Origin: the human T2T-CHM13v2.0 reference genome, Homo sapiens
DNA: 64,000 nucleotides
NCBI RefSeq assembly: GCF_009914755.1
Contig: NC_060926.1
Strand: one strand, 5' to 3'
Position numbers and translations under genes: made by a program. Below, piece after piece: positions 32,927 to 46,454 of the stretch. Positions within the stretch are counted from its first letter, which is position 1; the number at the start of each line of letters is the position of its first letter. The notes below the pieces were generated by a model. It saw only the letters and a program-made list of their open reading frames with translations, ran no database searches and had not been told where the DNA came from.

Positions 32927-32997
32927 ATTATGTTAATTTTCTAATTCACATCTACTTTGACCTTACTGATGTTGTTTTTCTATTCTATCAGCAGCTA
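32927..32997 (-). repeat. 71-bp inverted copy of 31204-31274 embedded in a TA microsatellite
   Basis: Reverse complement tagctgctgatagaatagaaaaacaacatcagtaaggtcaaagtagatgtgaattagaaaattaacataat versus the source: 6 mismatches, no gaps. Confidence 0.92.
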
Positions 32998-33537
32998 TAT
33001 ATACACATACACATATAGAAAATGGAATATATATAAAATATTATATATAGTAGGATATATATAAAATATATAATGTATATAATGGATATAGATATAGATA
33101 TAGATATATATTTTATATAATATATATTATATATTATATATAATATATGTTATATATATTATATATTTTATATAATATATATATTATATAAATTATATAT
33201 ATATAATATATAATATATATATTATATATATTTTATATAATATATATTTAATATTATCTATTATATATTTTATATAATATATATTTTATATAATATATAA
33301 TATATAATATATATTTTACATAATATATAATATATAATACGTATTATATATAATATATAATACGTATTTTATATAATATATAATACGTATTATATATAAT
33401 ACGTATTATATATTATATAATATATAATACGTATTATATAATATACGTAATTATATTTTATTATAATACGTATTATATATTATATAATATATAATACGTA
33501 TTATATTATGTATATTATAAATATATAATGTATATAT
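32998..33537. repeat. Long AT-rich low-complexity tract with a tandem palindromic unit
   Basis: About 540 bp, almost only A/T. Eight TACGTA cores at ~33333-33505, mostly within the palindrome tataatacgtattata. Confidence 0.95.
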
Positions 33538-33758
33538 AGTGGAATACTACTCAGCCATAAAAAGGAAAGAAATAATGGCATTCACAGCAAGCTGGAGGGT
33601 ATTAGAGACCATTATTCTAAGTAACTCAGGAATGGGAAACCAAATATTGTGTGTTCTCACTCATAAGTGGGAGCTAAGCAATGAGGATGCAAAGGCATAA
33701 GAATGATATGATGGACTTTGGGGATTTGGGGGAAAGGGTGGAACAGGGGTGAGGGATA
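33538..33758 (+). mobile_element. L1PB1-like piece C (ORF2 end / 3'UTR start, no poly(A))
   Basis: tggaatactactcagccataaaaagg...gagctaagcaatgaggatgcaaaggcataagaatgata...gggtgagggata. Confidence 0.85.
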
Positions 33759-34289
33759 CTTGCCTTTGATGTCCATTTGCATGGAATATCTTTTTCCACC
33801 CCTTTACCTTTACTTTATGTGAGTCCTTATGTGTTAGGTGAGTCTCTTGAAGACAGCAGAAACTTGATGGTTAATTCTTATTCATTCTTCCATTCTGTAT
33901 CTTTTAAGTGGAGCATTTAGGCCACTTACATTCAATGTTAGTATTGAGATGTGAGGTACTATTCCATTCATGTTGCTATTTGTCACCTGAATACCTTGAT
34001 TTTTTGTTTGTGTTTTATATGTCCTGTGAGATTTAAGCTTTAAGAAGGTTCTATTTTGGTGGATTTGTTTCAAGATTTTGAACTCCTTTTAGCAGTTCTT
34101 GTAGTTCTGGCTTGGTAGTGGCAAATTCTCTCAGCATTTGTTTATCTGAAAAAGACTGTATCTCTTCTTCTTTTATGAAGCTTAATTTCACTGGTTACAA
34201 AATTCTTGGCTAATAATTGTTTTGTTTAAGGAGGCTGAAGATAGGGCCCCAATCCCTTCTAGCTTGTAGGGTTTCTGCTGAGAAGTCTG
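33759..34289 (-). mobile_element. L1PB-like piece D (ORF1 end / ORF2 start, inverted)
   Basis: ORF 33882-34073 contains PHISILTLNVSGLNAPLKRYR, the ORF2p N-terminus. Confidence 0.85.
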
Positions 34290-34412
34290 GAGCAGAAGTA
34301 AATTAAATAAAAAGGAGAACAACGTGAATGAATCAACAGAACTAAACTTTTTTTGAAAAAAAAAAAAAAGAGAAAGACAAACTCTTTGTTAGACTAATTA
34401 AGAAAAAAGAAA

Positions 34413-34520
34413 CTGTAATCCCAGCAATTTGGAAAGCCAAGGTTGGAGGATCACTTGAGGCCAGAGTTTTACACCAGCATAGGCAAGAGAAACATCAGAT
34501 CTCTGAAAAAAAAATAATAA
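34413..34520 (+). mobile_element. Alu left-monomer (FLAM/AluJ) fragment
   Basis: ctgtaatcccagcaatttggaaagccaaggttggaggatcacttgaggccagagttt. Confidence 0.75.
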
Positions 34521-34525
34521 TCCGA

Positions 34526-35200
34526 AGAAATAACAAAAATAAATTCTAGAAATCAAAAATGCTGTAAGAGAAGTAAATAATGTTTTTTTGTGGGTTTAAT
34601 GGTAGACTGGGAATGGCTGAGGAAAGAATTTCTGAGCTTGAAGATATCTCAATAGAAATCATGAAAATCGAAAAGCAAAAGGAAAACAAAAAACCTGAAA
34701 AATAAAACAGAGCAGAATATCCAAGAATTATGACACAACTACAAAAGACATAACATACACAAAATGGAAGTTCCAGAAAAAGAAGAAAGACAGAAAAGGA
34801 CAGAAAAAAATATTTGAAACATTAATGATTATTACTCAAATTAATGTCAGACACCAAATCATGATTCAGGAAATTCAGAAAACTCCAAGCAGGATAAATG
34901 CCAAAACAAACAAAACAAAACAAAACCACTACATCTAACCACGTAATTTTCAAATTATAGAAAATCAAATATAAAAAATAGTGTAAAGAAGCCAGGGGTG
35001 TAGGGAATTCTTACCTATAGAGGAGCAAGGAAAAGAATAACATCTGATTTTTCTTTAGAAGTCATGCCTGACAAAAAGTAGAGTGAATTTTGCTGAATGG
35101 GGGGAAAAAAAGCCTAGAATTCTATACCCTGCAAATTATCCTTCAAGATAATCCGAAAGTGCATTTGGATTAGTTCAAATGTATATTGCAAACTCTAGGA
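34526..35200 (+). mobile_element. L1MC-like ORF1 fragment
   Basis: First ~180 bp are homologous to 25422-25600; continues with ORF1-like sequence to cctagaattctataccctgcaaattatccttcaa. Confidence 0.7.
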
Positions 35201-37064
35201 ACAGATGGCTTTACTCGTGAATTCTACCAAACATTAAAGAAAAATAAATTCCAGTCCTTCTCAAACACTTCCAAAAAACTGAAGGGTAGGGAGAACTTCC
35301 AAATTAATTTTATGAGGCCAGCATTATTCTGAAACAAAAACCAGCTAGACACCACCAGAAAAGAAAACTATAGGTCAATATCCTTGATACAAATACATAT
35401 TAAAAAATCACATAATTTTATCAACAGATGCAGGATAACGTTTGACAAAATTCAAACAGTTTTATGATTAAAATTCTCAACAAACAGGGCACAGAAGGAA
35501 AATACCTCTACATAATAAAGACATATATGAAAAGCCTACAGCTAACATCATACTCAGTGGTGAAAACCAGAAATATTTTCTTTTAAAATCAGGACTAAGG
35601 CAAGGATGCTCACACTCACCACTTCTATTCAACATAGCCCTGGAAGCCCTAACTAGAGCAATGATGCAAGAAAAAAGAAAAGCATCCAAAATGGAAAGAA
35701 AAAAAAAGGACATTGTTTATATTTCCAGATGACATAATCTTATATATTGAAAACTCTGAAGACTAAATTAAACACAAAAACAAAACTGTAAGATCTGGTA
35801 AATGACTTTAGTAAAGCTGCAGGTTACAAAATCAATGCACAAAAAGCAGTTGTGTTTCTATATATTAACAACAAGCAATCTGAAAAACGAGATGAAGAAA
35901 ACAATACCATTAATGAGGGAATAAAGAATAAAATACTTAGGAATAAAATGCTGAAGAATAAACTTACCTAAGGAGATGTAGAGCTCTACACTCAATAAAA
36001 TATTGATGAAAGAACTTTAAAACTACACAAATAAATGGGAAGACATCCTGTGTACGTGGATTGGAAGACTTAATATTGGTAAAATATCTATGCTACCCAA
36101 AGGGATCTACAGATTCAATGGAGTCCCTGTCAAATCTCAATGGCATATTTTATAGAAATGAAAGCAATTCTACAATTCGTATGAAACCTTGAAGAATTAT
36201 GACTATCCAAATCAATCTTTAGAAAGAAAAAGAAAGCTGAAGGCATCACACTTCCTAATTTCAAAATATATTACAATGCTACAATAACCAAAATTGTATG
36301 GTACTTTCATAAAAACAGATATATAGACCAATAGAACAGAATACAGATATAGTCAACTGATCTTCAACAAGGAAGTTAATAATATATGATCAAAAAATTA
36401 CGTTTTTTCAATAAATTCTGGTGGGAAAATTGGATATTCACATGAAGAAGAAAAAGTGAGATCCTCATCTTACACCATATAAAAAAATCAAATAGAAATG
36501 AATTAAATATTTAAATGTAAAATCTGAAATTTTAAAACTCCTAGGAGGAAATATATGGAAAATGCTTCAGAATACTTGTTTCGAAAATTATTTTATGCAT
36601 ATGACACTAAAAGCATAGGCAACAAAAACAAAATTAAACAAGTAGAACTACATCAAACTGAGAAGCTTCTGCACAAAGAAGAAAATAACAGAGGATAAAG
36701 GTCTAAATAATGGAATAAAATATTTTTGAAATGCATATTTGATAAGTAATCAGTTTCCAAAATGTATAAGAAACTCCTACAACTCAATACAAAAAACAAA
36801 GCAAAACAGAACTAATAACCCAATTTACAAATGGGCAAAGAACTTAAATAGATATTTCTCCAAAGACATACAAATAGCCAACAGGTTTATTAAAACAAAT
36901 GCTCAATGCCACCAATCATCAGGAAAGTCTAAATCAAAACCACAGTGAGATGTTATCTCACACCTGTGAGCATAGCTATTTTTTTTTATTTCAACCGCTG
37001 TTAGAATATGAAAAAAAGAAACTGTGTACTGTTAGTGCGAACTAAAATGACGCATCTACTATGT

Positions 37065-37762
<698 letters not shown>

Positions 37763-38569
37763 TATAGAAAACAGTGTGGAGGTTTCTCAAAAAATTTTAA
37801 AATACAAGTACTATTTTATCCAGCAATCCAACTTCTGGGTATTCAAAATAATTTAAACAAGGATCTCAAAGAGATACTAGCACTGTCATGTTCATTACAG
37901 CACTATATACAAAGGCCAAGATGTCAAAACAACCCAAATGTCCATTGAAATACAAGTTGACAAAGAAAATGTAGTATATACAGACAATGGAACACTATTC
38001 AGATTTTAATATTGCAGAAGGAAATTCTGCAATATATAACAATATAGATCAACCTTGAGGACATTATGCTAAGTTAAATAAACCAGTCCCAGAAATAAAA
38101 AATCTGCATGGTTCTACTTACATAACGTGTCAAAATAGCCAAACCCACAGACTCAAGGAGTAGAACAGTGGCTGTCAGGGGCTGTGGTGACAGGAAAATG
38201 AATGTTACTAATCAACTGGCTTAAAGTCTCAGGTAAGATTCAGAAGCTTTAGAGACTGGCTGTAAAACTTTGTGACTTTAGTCAAAAACAATTTGTTGAA
38301 CATTTAAATATTTTTAAGAGGTTACATTTCAGGTAAAAACAAAGCTTCTACTAAAAATATAGATAAGACATTTGAACATGCATTTCAGAAAACAGAATAT
38401 CCAAGTAGAGATTTTCAACCTCATTAACAATAAATACAATGCTAAATAAACCCCAATGATAAACTACTGAATACCCAGTAGAATGGTGTATTTTAATATT
38501 CAGCATTTACACTCCTATGCCTATACTCATCAACATTACAATGTATAACTTGTGAGAGTGTTACAATGT

Positions 38570-39173
38570 TGTGTTAGTTTTTGGTGGAACAAATTATCAA
38601 AACTTTAATTGATCCATTTAAACGGTATCCATTTATCATTTTACAGTTCAGTCGGTCAAAATTTGGATTGGCTACATGAAGTTCTTTGATTAGAATCACA
38701 CTAACCTGTTTTCTGGAGACTCTAGATTTATCTACTTGCAAGCTCATTCAGTCTGTTGGGCAAATGAAATATCTTGTGTTTGAAGGTCTGAGGTCCTCAT
38801 TGTCTTCCTGGCTGGCAGCACCAGGTATCTCTAAGGTCCTTGAGCCCATTTTCAGGTCCTTCAATGTCAGCAACATTGAAAAATCCTCATGTCAAATTTC
38901 CCCTATGCTTTAAATTTCTTTGTCCTCATCTAGGAATAGCTGGAGAAAATTCAGCTTTTAAAGAGGTCCTGTGATTAGAATGAGCTCACTCAGATAATCT
39001 CCCTTTTGATTAACTGAAAATCAACTGATTAGTAACTTTTATTACATCTGGAAAATCTGTTTTGCTGTGTAAGGTAAAATTTTCATGGGAGTAATATCTC
39101 ATTACGTTTCCAATACTGGGGAGTAAGGCATAAAATCTTCGGAGTAGGACACATTTATGGTTTTACCTACCAC
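38570..39173 (-). mobile_element. MLT1 (E/F-like) MaLR LTR
   Basis: caagctcattcagtctgttggg…gataatctcccttttgattaactgaaaatcaactgattagtaacttttattacatctgg. Confidence 0.7.
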
Positions 39174-39330
39174 AAATGTAATATAACAGATAACAGAAAA
39201 AATGAACAAACTACTCTTATTTGCACTAACATTGTTGAAACTCATAATATAGAGCGGGGGGAAAGCCCAGCACAAGAAATGTTTACTATTTGATTGCATT
39301 TGTATGAAGTTAAAAAATATTGAAAAATGT

Positions 39331-39630
39331 GGTTCAGACACAGTGGCTCACAGCTGCAATCCCAGAGCTTTGGGAGGTTAAGGTGAAAGGATGGCTTGAG
39401 ACCAAGAGTTCTAGACCAGCCTAGGCAACAAAGAGAGACACTGTCTCTACAAAACCATAAAAATAATTAGCTGGGTATGGTGCCAGGTGCCTGTAGTTCC
39501 ACCTACTTAGCAAGCTGAGCCAGGAGGCTCAACTGAGCCCTGGTGTTTGAGGTTATGGTAAGCTATGATCCATGACCACTTCACCATACTCAGGTCTGGG
39601 AAAACAAGCAAGATACTCCTAAAAAATTTT
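39331..39630 (+). mobile_element. Alu, AluJ (diverged)
   Basis: cagtggctcacagctgcaatcccagagctttgggagg…aggatggcttgagaccaagagttctagaccagcctaggcaaca. Confidence 0.85.
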
Positions 39631-39704
39631 CTTTAAATAGAAAAATGCAAATTAGAGCACTTAATATAAATTACAGCATTTAGAAAGACATTTTTGGTAC
39701 AGAG

Positions 39705-39805
39705 ATTATGAGTAAAAACAGATATTATTATCATAAAGTGCTTGATGTTAATTAACATTGGAGCACATATGAGTTAGAAACTTCCTTATTTTAATTTTTT
39801 CTTTT
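39705..39805 (+). repeat. Copy 1 of a ~100-bp direct repeat flanking the L1PA
   Basis: Matches 40582-40681 with 5 substitutions and 2 small indels. Confidence 0.93.
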
Positions 39806-40552
39806 TTTAAATTGTACTTTAAGTTCTAGGGTACATGTGCACAACGTGCAGGTTTGTTACATAGGTATACATATGCCATGTTGGTTTGCTGCACCCATCA
39901 ACTCATCATTTATATTAGGTATTTCTCCTAATGCTGTCCCTCCCCCAGCCCCCAACCCCCTGACAGGCCCTGGTGTGTGATGTTCCCTGCCCTGTGTCCA
40001 AGTGTTCTGATTGTTCAATTCCTATCTATGCATGAGAACATGCGGTGTTTGGTTTTCTGTCCTTGTGATAGTTTGCTGAGAATGATGGTTTCCAGCTTCA
40101 TCCATGTCCCTGCAAAGGACATGAACTCGTCCTTTTTTATGGCTGCATAGTATTCCATGGTGTATATGTGCCACATTTTCTTTATCCAGCCTATCATTGA
40201 TGGGCATTTGGGTTCGTTCCAAGTCTTTGCTATTGCGTACAGTGCTGCAGTAAACATACGTGTGCATGTGTCTTTATAGTAGCATGATTTATAATCCTTT
40301 GGGTATATACCCAGTAATGGGATGGCTGGGTCAAATGGTATTTTTAGTTCTAGATCCTTGAGGGATCGCCATACTGTCTTCCACAATGGTTGAACTAATT
40401 TACACTCCCACCAAGAGTGTAAAAGTGTTCCTATTTCTCCACATCCTCTCCAGCATCTGTTGTTTCCTGACTTTTTAATGATCACCATTCTAACTGGAAT
40501 GAAATGGTATCTCATTGTGGTTTTGATTTGTGTTTCTCTAATGATAAGTGAT
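39806..40552 (-). mobile_element. 5'-truncated L1PA5/PA6-like LINE-1 (ORF2 C-terminus and 3'UTR)
   Basis: ORF 40015-40515 is the ORF2p C-terminus with [18 protein letters not shown]. Antisense 3'UTR tactttaagttctagggtacatgtgcacaacgtgcagg. Confidence 0.95.
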
Positions 40553-40581
40553 CATAAGATTATTGGATCATAATTACAAAA

Positions 40582-40681
40582 ATTATGAGTAAAAACAAAG
40601 ATATTATCATAAAATGCTTGATATGAATTAACATTGGAGCACATATGGGTTAGAAACTGCCTTATTTTAATTTTTTCTTTT
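40582..40681 (+). repeat. Copy 2 of the ~100-bp direct repeat
   Basis: See 39705-39805. Confidence 0.93.
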
Positions 40682-40986
40682 CTTTTCTTTTCTTTTTTTA
40701 AGGACAGGGTCTCATTCCATCACCCAGGCTGGAGTGCAGTGGTGTGATTATAGATCATTGCAGTGTCAAACTGCTAGGCTCAAGCAATCCTCCTATCAGC
40801 CTCCCAAGTAGCTAGGACTACAGGTGCTGCATCACTATGCTCAGCTATTTTTTTATTTTTATTTTTTGTACAGATGGGGAACTCGCTATGTTGCCCAGGC
40901 TGGTCTTGAACTCATGGTCTCAGGCAGTCCTCCTGCCTCAGCTTCCCAAAGTGCTGGAATTACAGGTATAAGCCACAGTGGCTGGC
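40682..40986 (-). mobile_element. Alu, AluJ
   Basis: gacagggtctc…ggctcaagcaatcctcct…ctatgttgcccaggctggtcttgaactc, with a (CTTTT)n tail. Confidence 0.9.
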
Positions 40987-42865
40987 AGGAATTTTCTAAT
41001 TTGTAATCTGTGTTTGGTTACATTGGCATTAGCCTTATCAAAAATTATTCTGCTGGACATTCATGTTTTGTGCACTTTTCTCTATGTTTCTTATGTTTCA
41101 TAACAAAACCATTAAAATAAGCAAACAAACAAAAATCCTTGTATGCAAGCATGTTATTATATTCATTCATTCATCAAATATTCATTTGTTTCATGTCCAT
41201 TATATGCTAGTCTCTGGGTGGTGGAATTCCAACAGTAAACAATAATGAAAAGATGTCCACATGAAGCTTGCAGTCTAGTGCTAAGATGCTGTCAGTTTTC
41301 TGCTTTAATTTAACTCTGGATGTAAATAAAGTATCAGCTTTAAAACACTTATAGCAAAATAACTGCAAGGTGAAGCATTAAGCCCTTTAATTACAGTACC
41401 ACACGAAGTTACTTTTCTATTCATACTATATTCCCAGCATTCAAAGACTGATGTAATTAACAAAGATAAAGTTTTGTAAATAGGTCCAGCTGAGGACCCA
41501 GAGAGAGAGAAAGGGGTAGACAGCATAATTATGCTGGGTTCTTGAAGACAAAGGAGGCTGATCCCTGCAAGCACTAGAGAGAGTCTCTACTTACCACATT
41601 TTGTCTGCACTCAGTAACCAGGCAATCTTACCAAGAATTTATTTTTTTGGGGGGGAGAAAAAGAGATTAAAAACACATTTTTTCTTCAAGTGTCCTGAAC
41701 TTTAGTATTGGAAGGCAAAGAATCATGGCATGTTTCTTTGGACTACCTAAATCTCAGTTTTTTAAAGCATTGATAAGCTTTCCTTTCTGAATATAAAATT
41801 TTATGATAAAAACCTATACCTCCTTCAGAAAACAGTTTGGGACACAATGTTTATGCAGTTCCAAAAATTATATAAATATATGTGTGTGTGTGTGTATGCA
41901 ATTTGTAAAATGTTTTGTTTGGGACTTTTAGGAAGAAACGCTATATTTAAATGTTAGTTATAGGCCATAAGAAATGAAATAGTCTTGGAAAGGAGGATGA
42001 GGAATGTTTTCTGAACTCCAAGAAAGCTTTACTTTTTTATGAGAAAGAAATAATATAAATTATTCTTGAGATTTACTGGAACAATCTTTTTTCCTCATAG
42101 CTTACTGACCTAGAATTCAGTATGGATTCTCATCATCAGTCATATGAGCATTTGCTACATATAGCCCTAATTGTTTATGTAAATAGACAATTACCAAATA
42201 ATTAACTGGATTCTTCTGTAATGAGTGGTAAGAGGCAGAAATACAGACCTGTATTAATTTATAAAATCTCTATAAAGAAAAACAAGCACATACAGAGAAA
42301 GAATTATTCATGAAAATGTTTTCAGGATAAATTATAATAAAAAATAAGCGAAAAGAAACAACTGAAATACTAGTATAATATTGAATATAATAAAATACAT
42401 TAAGAATCTAAAACATTAAGAACTAAAATCCTATTATATAGAATTTCAATAAAATGCCAGTAAACATTGTATTTACCTAAATAAATTATATAGAAATATA
42501 TAATTATATCAAAACTACTTTCAATAGTGATGTATAAGTACTTTAAAAATATAACCATAACTGTACTGGCATCTTGTGAAAGATGTAATTAGATACAGAG
42601 GACTTTTTTATGTTTGTCCAAAACCGTTTATGATACTCTCATGTATCTCAGCTAAAAATACAAGTTAGAAAATTGACCATTTAATCATTACTTCTCAATC
42701 TCTTTCATATCTTTATTTTAGGCATCATCAACTCCTAAGTGGATAAGGCAAAAAGCTTAACATATTCTGTTTCCAATCCTTTCCATCTTCCTTCAGCTGG
42801 ACATTTTCCACATTGTAGACCTTGTGATCTTCCTAAAATGAAAATATAAACTTACTTTCCGAGAG

Positions 42866-43453
42866 TTGCAGTGGACAGTATTACTTGTCCACTTTCCATT
42901 TACCCTCTCCCCCTTCCTAGTAATTACCTTCTAGATATCCCGTTCTTCTCTCTGAATATCATGATGTTTGAGGAAACTAATATTTTCCTTCATCACTTTG
43001 CTGGCCAATCAACAGGTTTACCCGATTAGTTCAAAGTTAATCCTATTCCCTTTATCATAATCATTAGTTCGCTTGACCAACAACTTGACTGATCAACAAG
43101 GTACTTCCCTGTTTTGTATAATAAAAAGATTGGCTTCTGTAGGGAGATAGAATCATATTTAAGACAATGAAATATGGGCGATATTATGAGGGAAATATAT
43201 CTGGATAGTGTGGAATTCTAGACCAATTTATTGCCCATTGAGGAATCCAGCATCAGCCAGAAAACAACCTAGGCAGAAGAGTATAAAAGAGGAAGTCTCA
43301 GGGAAATAGGACCAGAGACACTGGGTTGAGTCACCCTGAAGCCCTTCCAACCTCGGCATTTATATTTACGCAAGTCCCCAAGTTTCATTATGGATTTACC
43401 AGTTTGAATGGAGTTGCCAGCTTCTTGCATATAATAACATCTAAACTGAATTA
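42866..43453 (+). mobile_element. Old MaLR/ERVL-type LTR (MLT1/LTR33-like)
   Basis: 3' part cctgaagcc…accagtttgaatggagttgccagcttcttgcatataataacatctaaactgaat resembles old LTR termini. Confidence 0.45.
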
Positions 43454-44429
43454 TAACTCTTCTGACTTTCTTTTGATTTTAAATAAATTTTGAAAAGATG
43501 GTATGCCATTATCTCTCTCTATCTCTCTCTTTTTTTTCTCAGCTTCCCAAATTTCACAGGTTCTCTCTTAACTCAAGATGTTTGCAAATAATACTATTTT
43601 GGCCTGGAATTCCCTTTCCAATCCCTCTATTCTTGATTAAGTCCTCTATCACCTTTTTGTTTAATCTAAGATTGCTTTTCTAATGCCTCAACTAACTCCC
43701 AATTTTCTACAGACTCTCGTGGTACACTAATACCACAGCATACATGGTACACTAATAATAAAGGAACATAGATGTTCCTTATTGAAACATTTAACGAGCA
43801 GCATCATATAGAACTGCATTTTTACTGCAGTGAGCTAACATCAAGCACTGTCATTCATTATCCTAGTACTGCTTGCTTCAAGTATTGGATCTAGAAAATA
43901 ATGTCTGAATAAATAATATGGAGTCAAACATACATAAGTGAATACATGAATAAATATATACGCATTAAAAATTAACTTATGTGAGTTGTTGAAGCATGAT
44001 GTCATTGTTAATCAATTGAACTCAGAAGAATAATTACTTCTTTGACATGGTTTTATACATGTCTCTTTGTCAGTGCTACATAATGCCTTGGATAGCAAGG
44101 AAATCAGTGTCGTACTCCCTTCTCAGCCTTTTGTCAATTAAGTCTCCAATGGCAGTAAGAGCATTTCAAAAGTGTTAGGACAGTGATCAGTATTGTGTGC
44201 TGATAGAAGCTCGGTACGATATCACCAATAATGTCTCCTGAATCTTCAATAGTGATAGACAACTGCTTAAAACACAAAATGAGTTATGTGTACAATTTAT
44301 AAATGTGTATGTGATTTACGGTAGGTATCTTTAAACAGCAATTTTATTCATTTTTTAATGAATGCTTTCATTGAATCAAGTCATATACTATAGGTTGATT
44401 TATAGATGTTTATTAGGGGAAAATAGTAT

Positions 44430-44690
44430 AAACGGAATAGAACATAAGAAATAGACCTGGGAATTTCTGAATAGGAGCTGCTTGGTCTGTAACATTTGTA
44501 TGCTGCATACCCTTGGGCATATGAATCTGTTTCTTGTTTCTTCTAAATTATGAGCTTATGATTACTATACAGTTTTTCTAAGTATTAGAGATAATCTATG
44601 TAAAATATTTAGGACAGTTCCTTCTACATAATGAGCTTTTGATAAATAGTGGAGTTTATGATTTCTTTTATTGCTGCTGTTGTTATTATT
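44430..44690 (+). mobile_element. MIR SINE (degenerate)
   Basis: agaaatagacctggg…cccttgggcat…gtattagagataatctatgtaaaatatttaggacagttcct. Confidence 0.55.
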
Positions 44691-44915
44691 AAAGATTACC
44701 AATATGTTTAAAATTATTGCCAGGCTTACACTCTTTAATTTAATTCTCCTAGATGTTTTTAAAGAAAAAATGATACAACAGAATTAAACATCTTTGGCTG
44801 TCAAACTGAAACCAACATTTATCTCTGTTTAGTTTCCGCTGTTTTGAAAACGTGTGAGGTTACAGGTTAGGGGGAGTGAAGAGTTTTCCAAAAAAGTATG
44901 AAGATAGGGTGACAA

Positions 44916-45006
44916 GAGTTTGAGGTTGCAGTGAGCTATGACCATGCCACTACACTCCAGCCTTGGTGACAGAGTGAGACCCTGTATCTGGAAAAAAAAA
45001 AAAAAA
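44916..45006 (+). mobile_element. 5'-truncated AluJ/FRAM 3' fragment
   Basis: gagtttgaggttgcagtgagctatgaccatgccactacactccagccttggtgacagagtgagaccctgtatct plus A-tail. Confidence 0.85.
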
Positions 45007-45064
45007 GAAAAGGTGAGATGTGGGTGTGAGGACAGAAAGAAATTAGCATTTAATTTGCATTGCC

Positions 45065-45252
45065 ATACATTTTACTTCCGCTTTTTCACAACATACTTCA
45101 AAATAGGAATTATCATAACCATTTTACAGATGAAGAAACTAAGGCTCAAGCAATTAAAGTAACTTTTTCTAGATCACATGGACAGTAAGTGTTGAAATCA
45201 TGAGTTAAACCGGGACTTTTATAAATGCCTAAAGCTATGCTCTTCCTACAAT
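45065..45252 (-). mobile_element. MIR SINE
   Basis: Core ccattttacagatgaagaaactaaggctca. Confidence 0.8.
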
Positions 45253-45754
45253 TACATTCGTCTTCAAACTAAATATTAGCAGTCATTGTCCATTGAGCTT
45301 TAATAGCAAATGGAGATAAATCTATCAGAAATATTAGTAGCTTTTCAGAAGCTAAAAGGAGAAAGCAATGCTAGCGGCCATCTTGGCTAACTGCCCACCT
45401 AATGCAAAACTGATATAATTTAGCAAAAATAAAACTAATTTTCTTGATACCAAGGTTTTCATGAATGTGTCTCTTACATAATGAAAACAAAATTTTCATG
45501 GAATAATTACTTTCTCAAATGAAATCATAAAACTGTAAAACAAACTTATTTATATATTATAATTACAAAAATCTAAGCATATTGAATTACAAAAAATGAT
45601 GAAATTGATGGACTAGGACAAGAGGGCTATGATTTATAACTTTTTCTTCAAAACTGAAGTAAGACTAAGATATTTCCTTAAAGAAAATAAAATTAAAAAC
45701 AAAAGTCAATATTATAGATTTTTTTTAAAAAGAAAGAAAGAGAAGAAAACTTAC

Positions 45755-45872
45755 CAGACAAATCAAATTTCATGGAAAAAAGTAGTATCTAGCTCTCATA
45801 TGTAGCATACTTGCAGACGTCATAAAGGATGTCACACGAAGGTCTTAATTCTCCTATTTTTTCTTTAAAATT
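45755..45872 (-). other. Candidate 118-nt exon, probably non-coding
   Basis: On the minus strand: tttatctttcattgtttcag|AATTTT…TTGTCTG|gtaagttttcttctc. Both splice sites are strong; all three frames contain stops. Confidence 0.45.
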
Positions 45873-46454
45873 CTGAAACAATGAAAGATAAATGTGTTCA
45901 GGAATTTTATCATCCTCACCTTAAAGAACATTGAAACTTGCAGCTGCTTGCAAATTGTTCATTCATTCACTTATTCATACATGTTATGATCACTGATTAT
46001 TTTCTATGCACACAGCAAAGTGCTACACAGCAGAGACTACTCTGTCAGGAACGCAAAACAAATGCAAACTTGGACTCAATTCCAGAAGTCTAGGAGCCCA
46101 CTGGAGCTGATATATAAGGGCTTGATTACATAAATCTAGGTGTCTTCTTGGTAATTAGATGGGGTAGAATATTATCAGTGCTTGAAAGGAATAGTGCAGA
46201 TAATAAGTTCTAGAGTAAGTCAGAGAATCAAGATATCATTTTGGGCTAGCATCTTCAGAGAAGGCATCACAGAAGTAATCACCATAAAAAACAAGCTAGA
46301 CATCCTTACAGGGATATCAATACTCTCTTAACCAAAAATTTAAGAGCTTTTTTATCTTTATTCCACAAAAAATGCAAACCTAGTAATGATCTCTCTGAAA
46401 CTATTCAGAAGTGAATTATTCAATTAATCGGACTGTTAGCCATCCAGTAAGCCA

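Noticed and set aside
33333-33505. Regularly spaced palindromic repeats as a CRISPR-like array
   Set aside because: Spacers are short low-complexity AT runs, the context is human, and there are no cas genes. It is an AT minisatellite.
40015-40515. Open 166-aa ORF with a CCHC motif
   Set aside because: C-terminus of a truncated L1 ORF2. Openness is plausible by chance for a fairly young L1PA.
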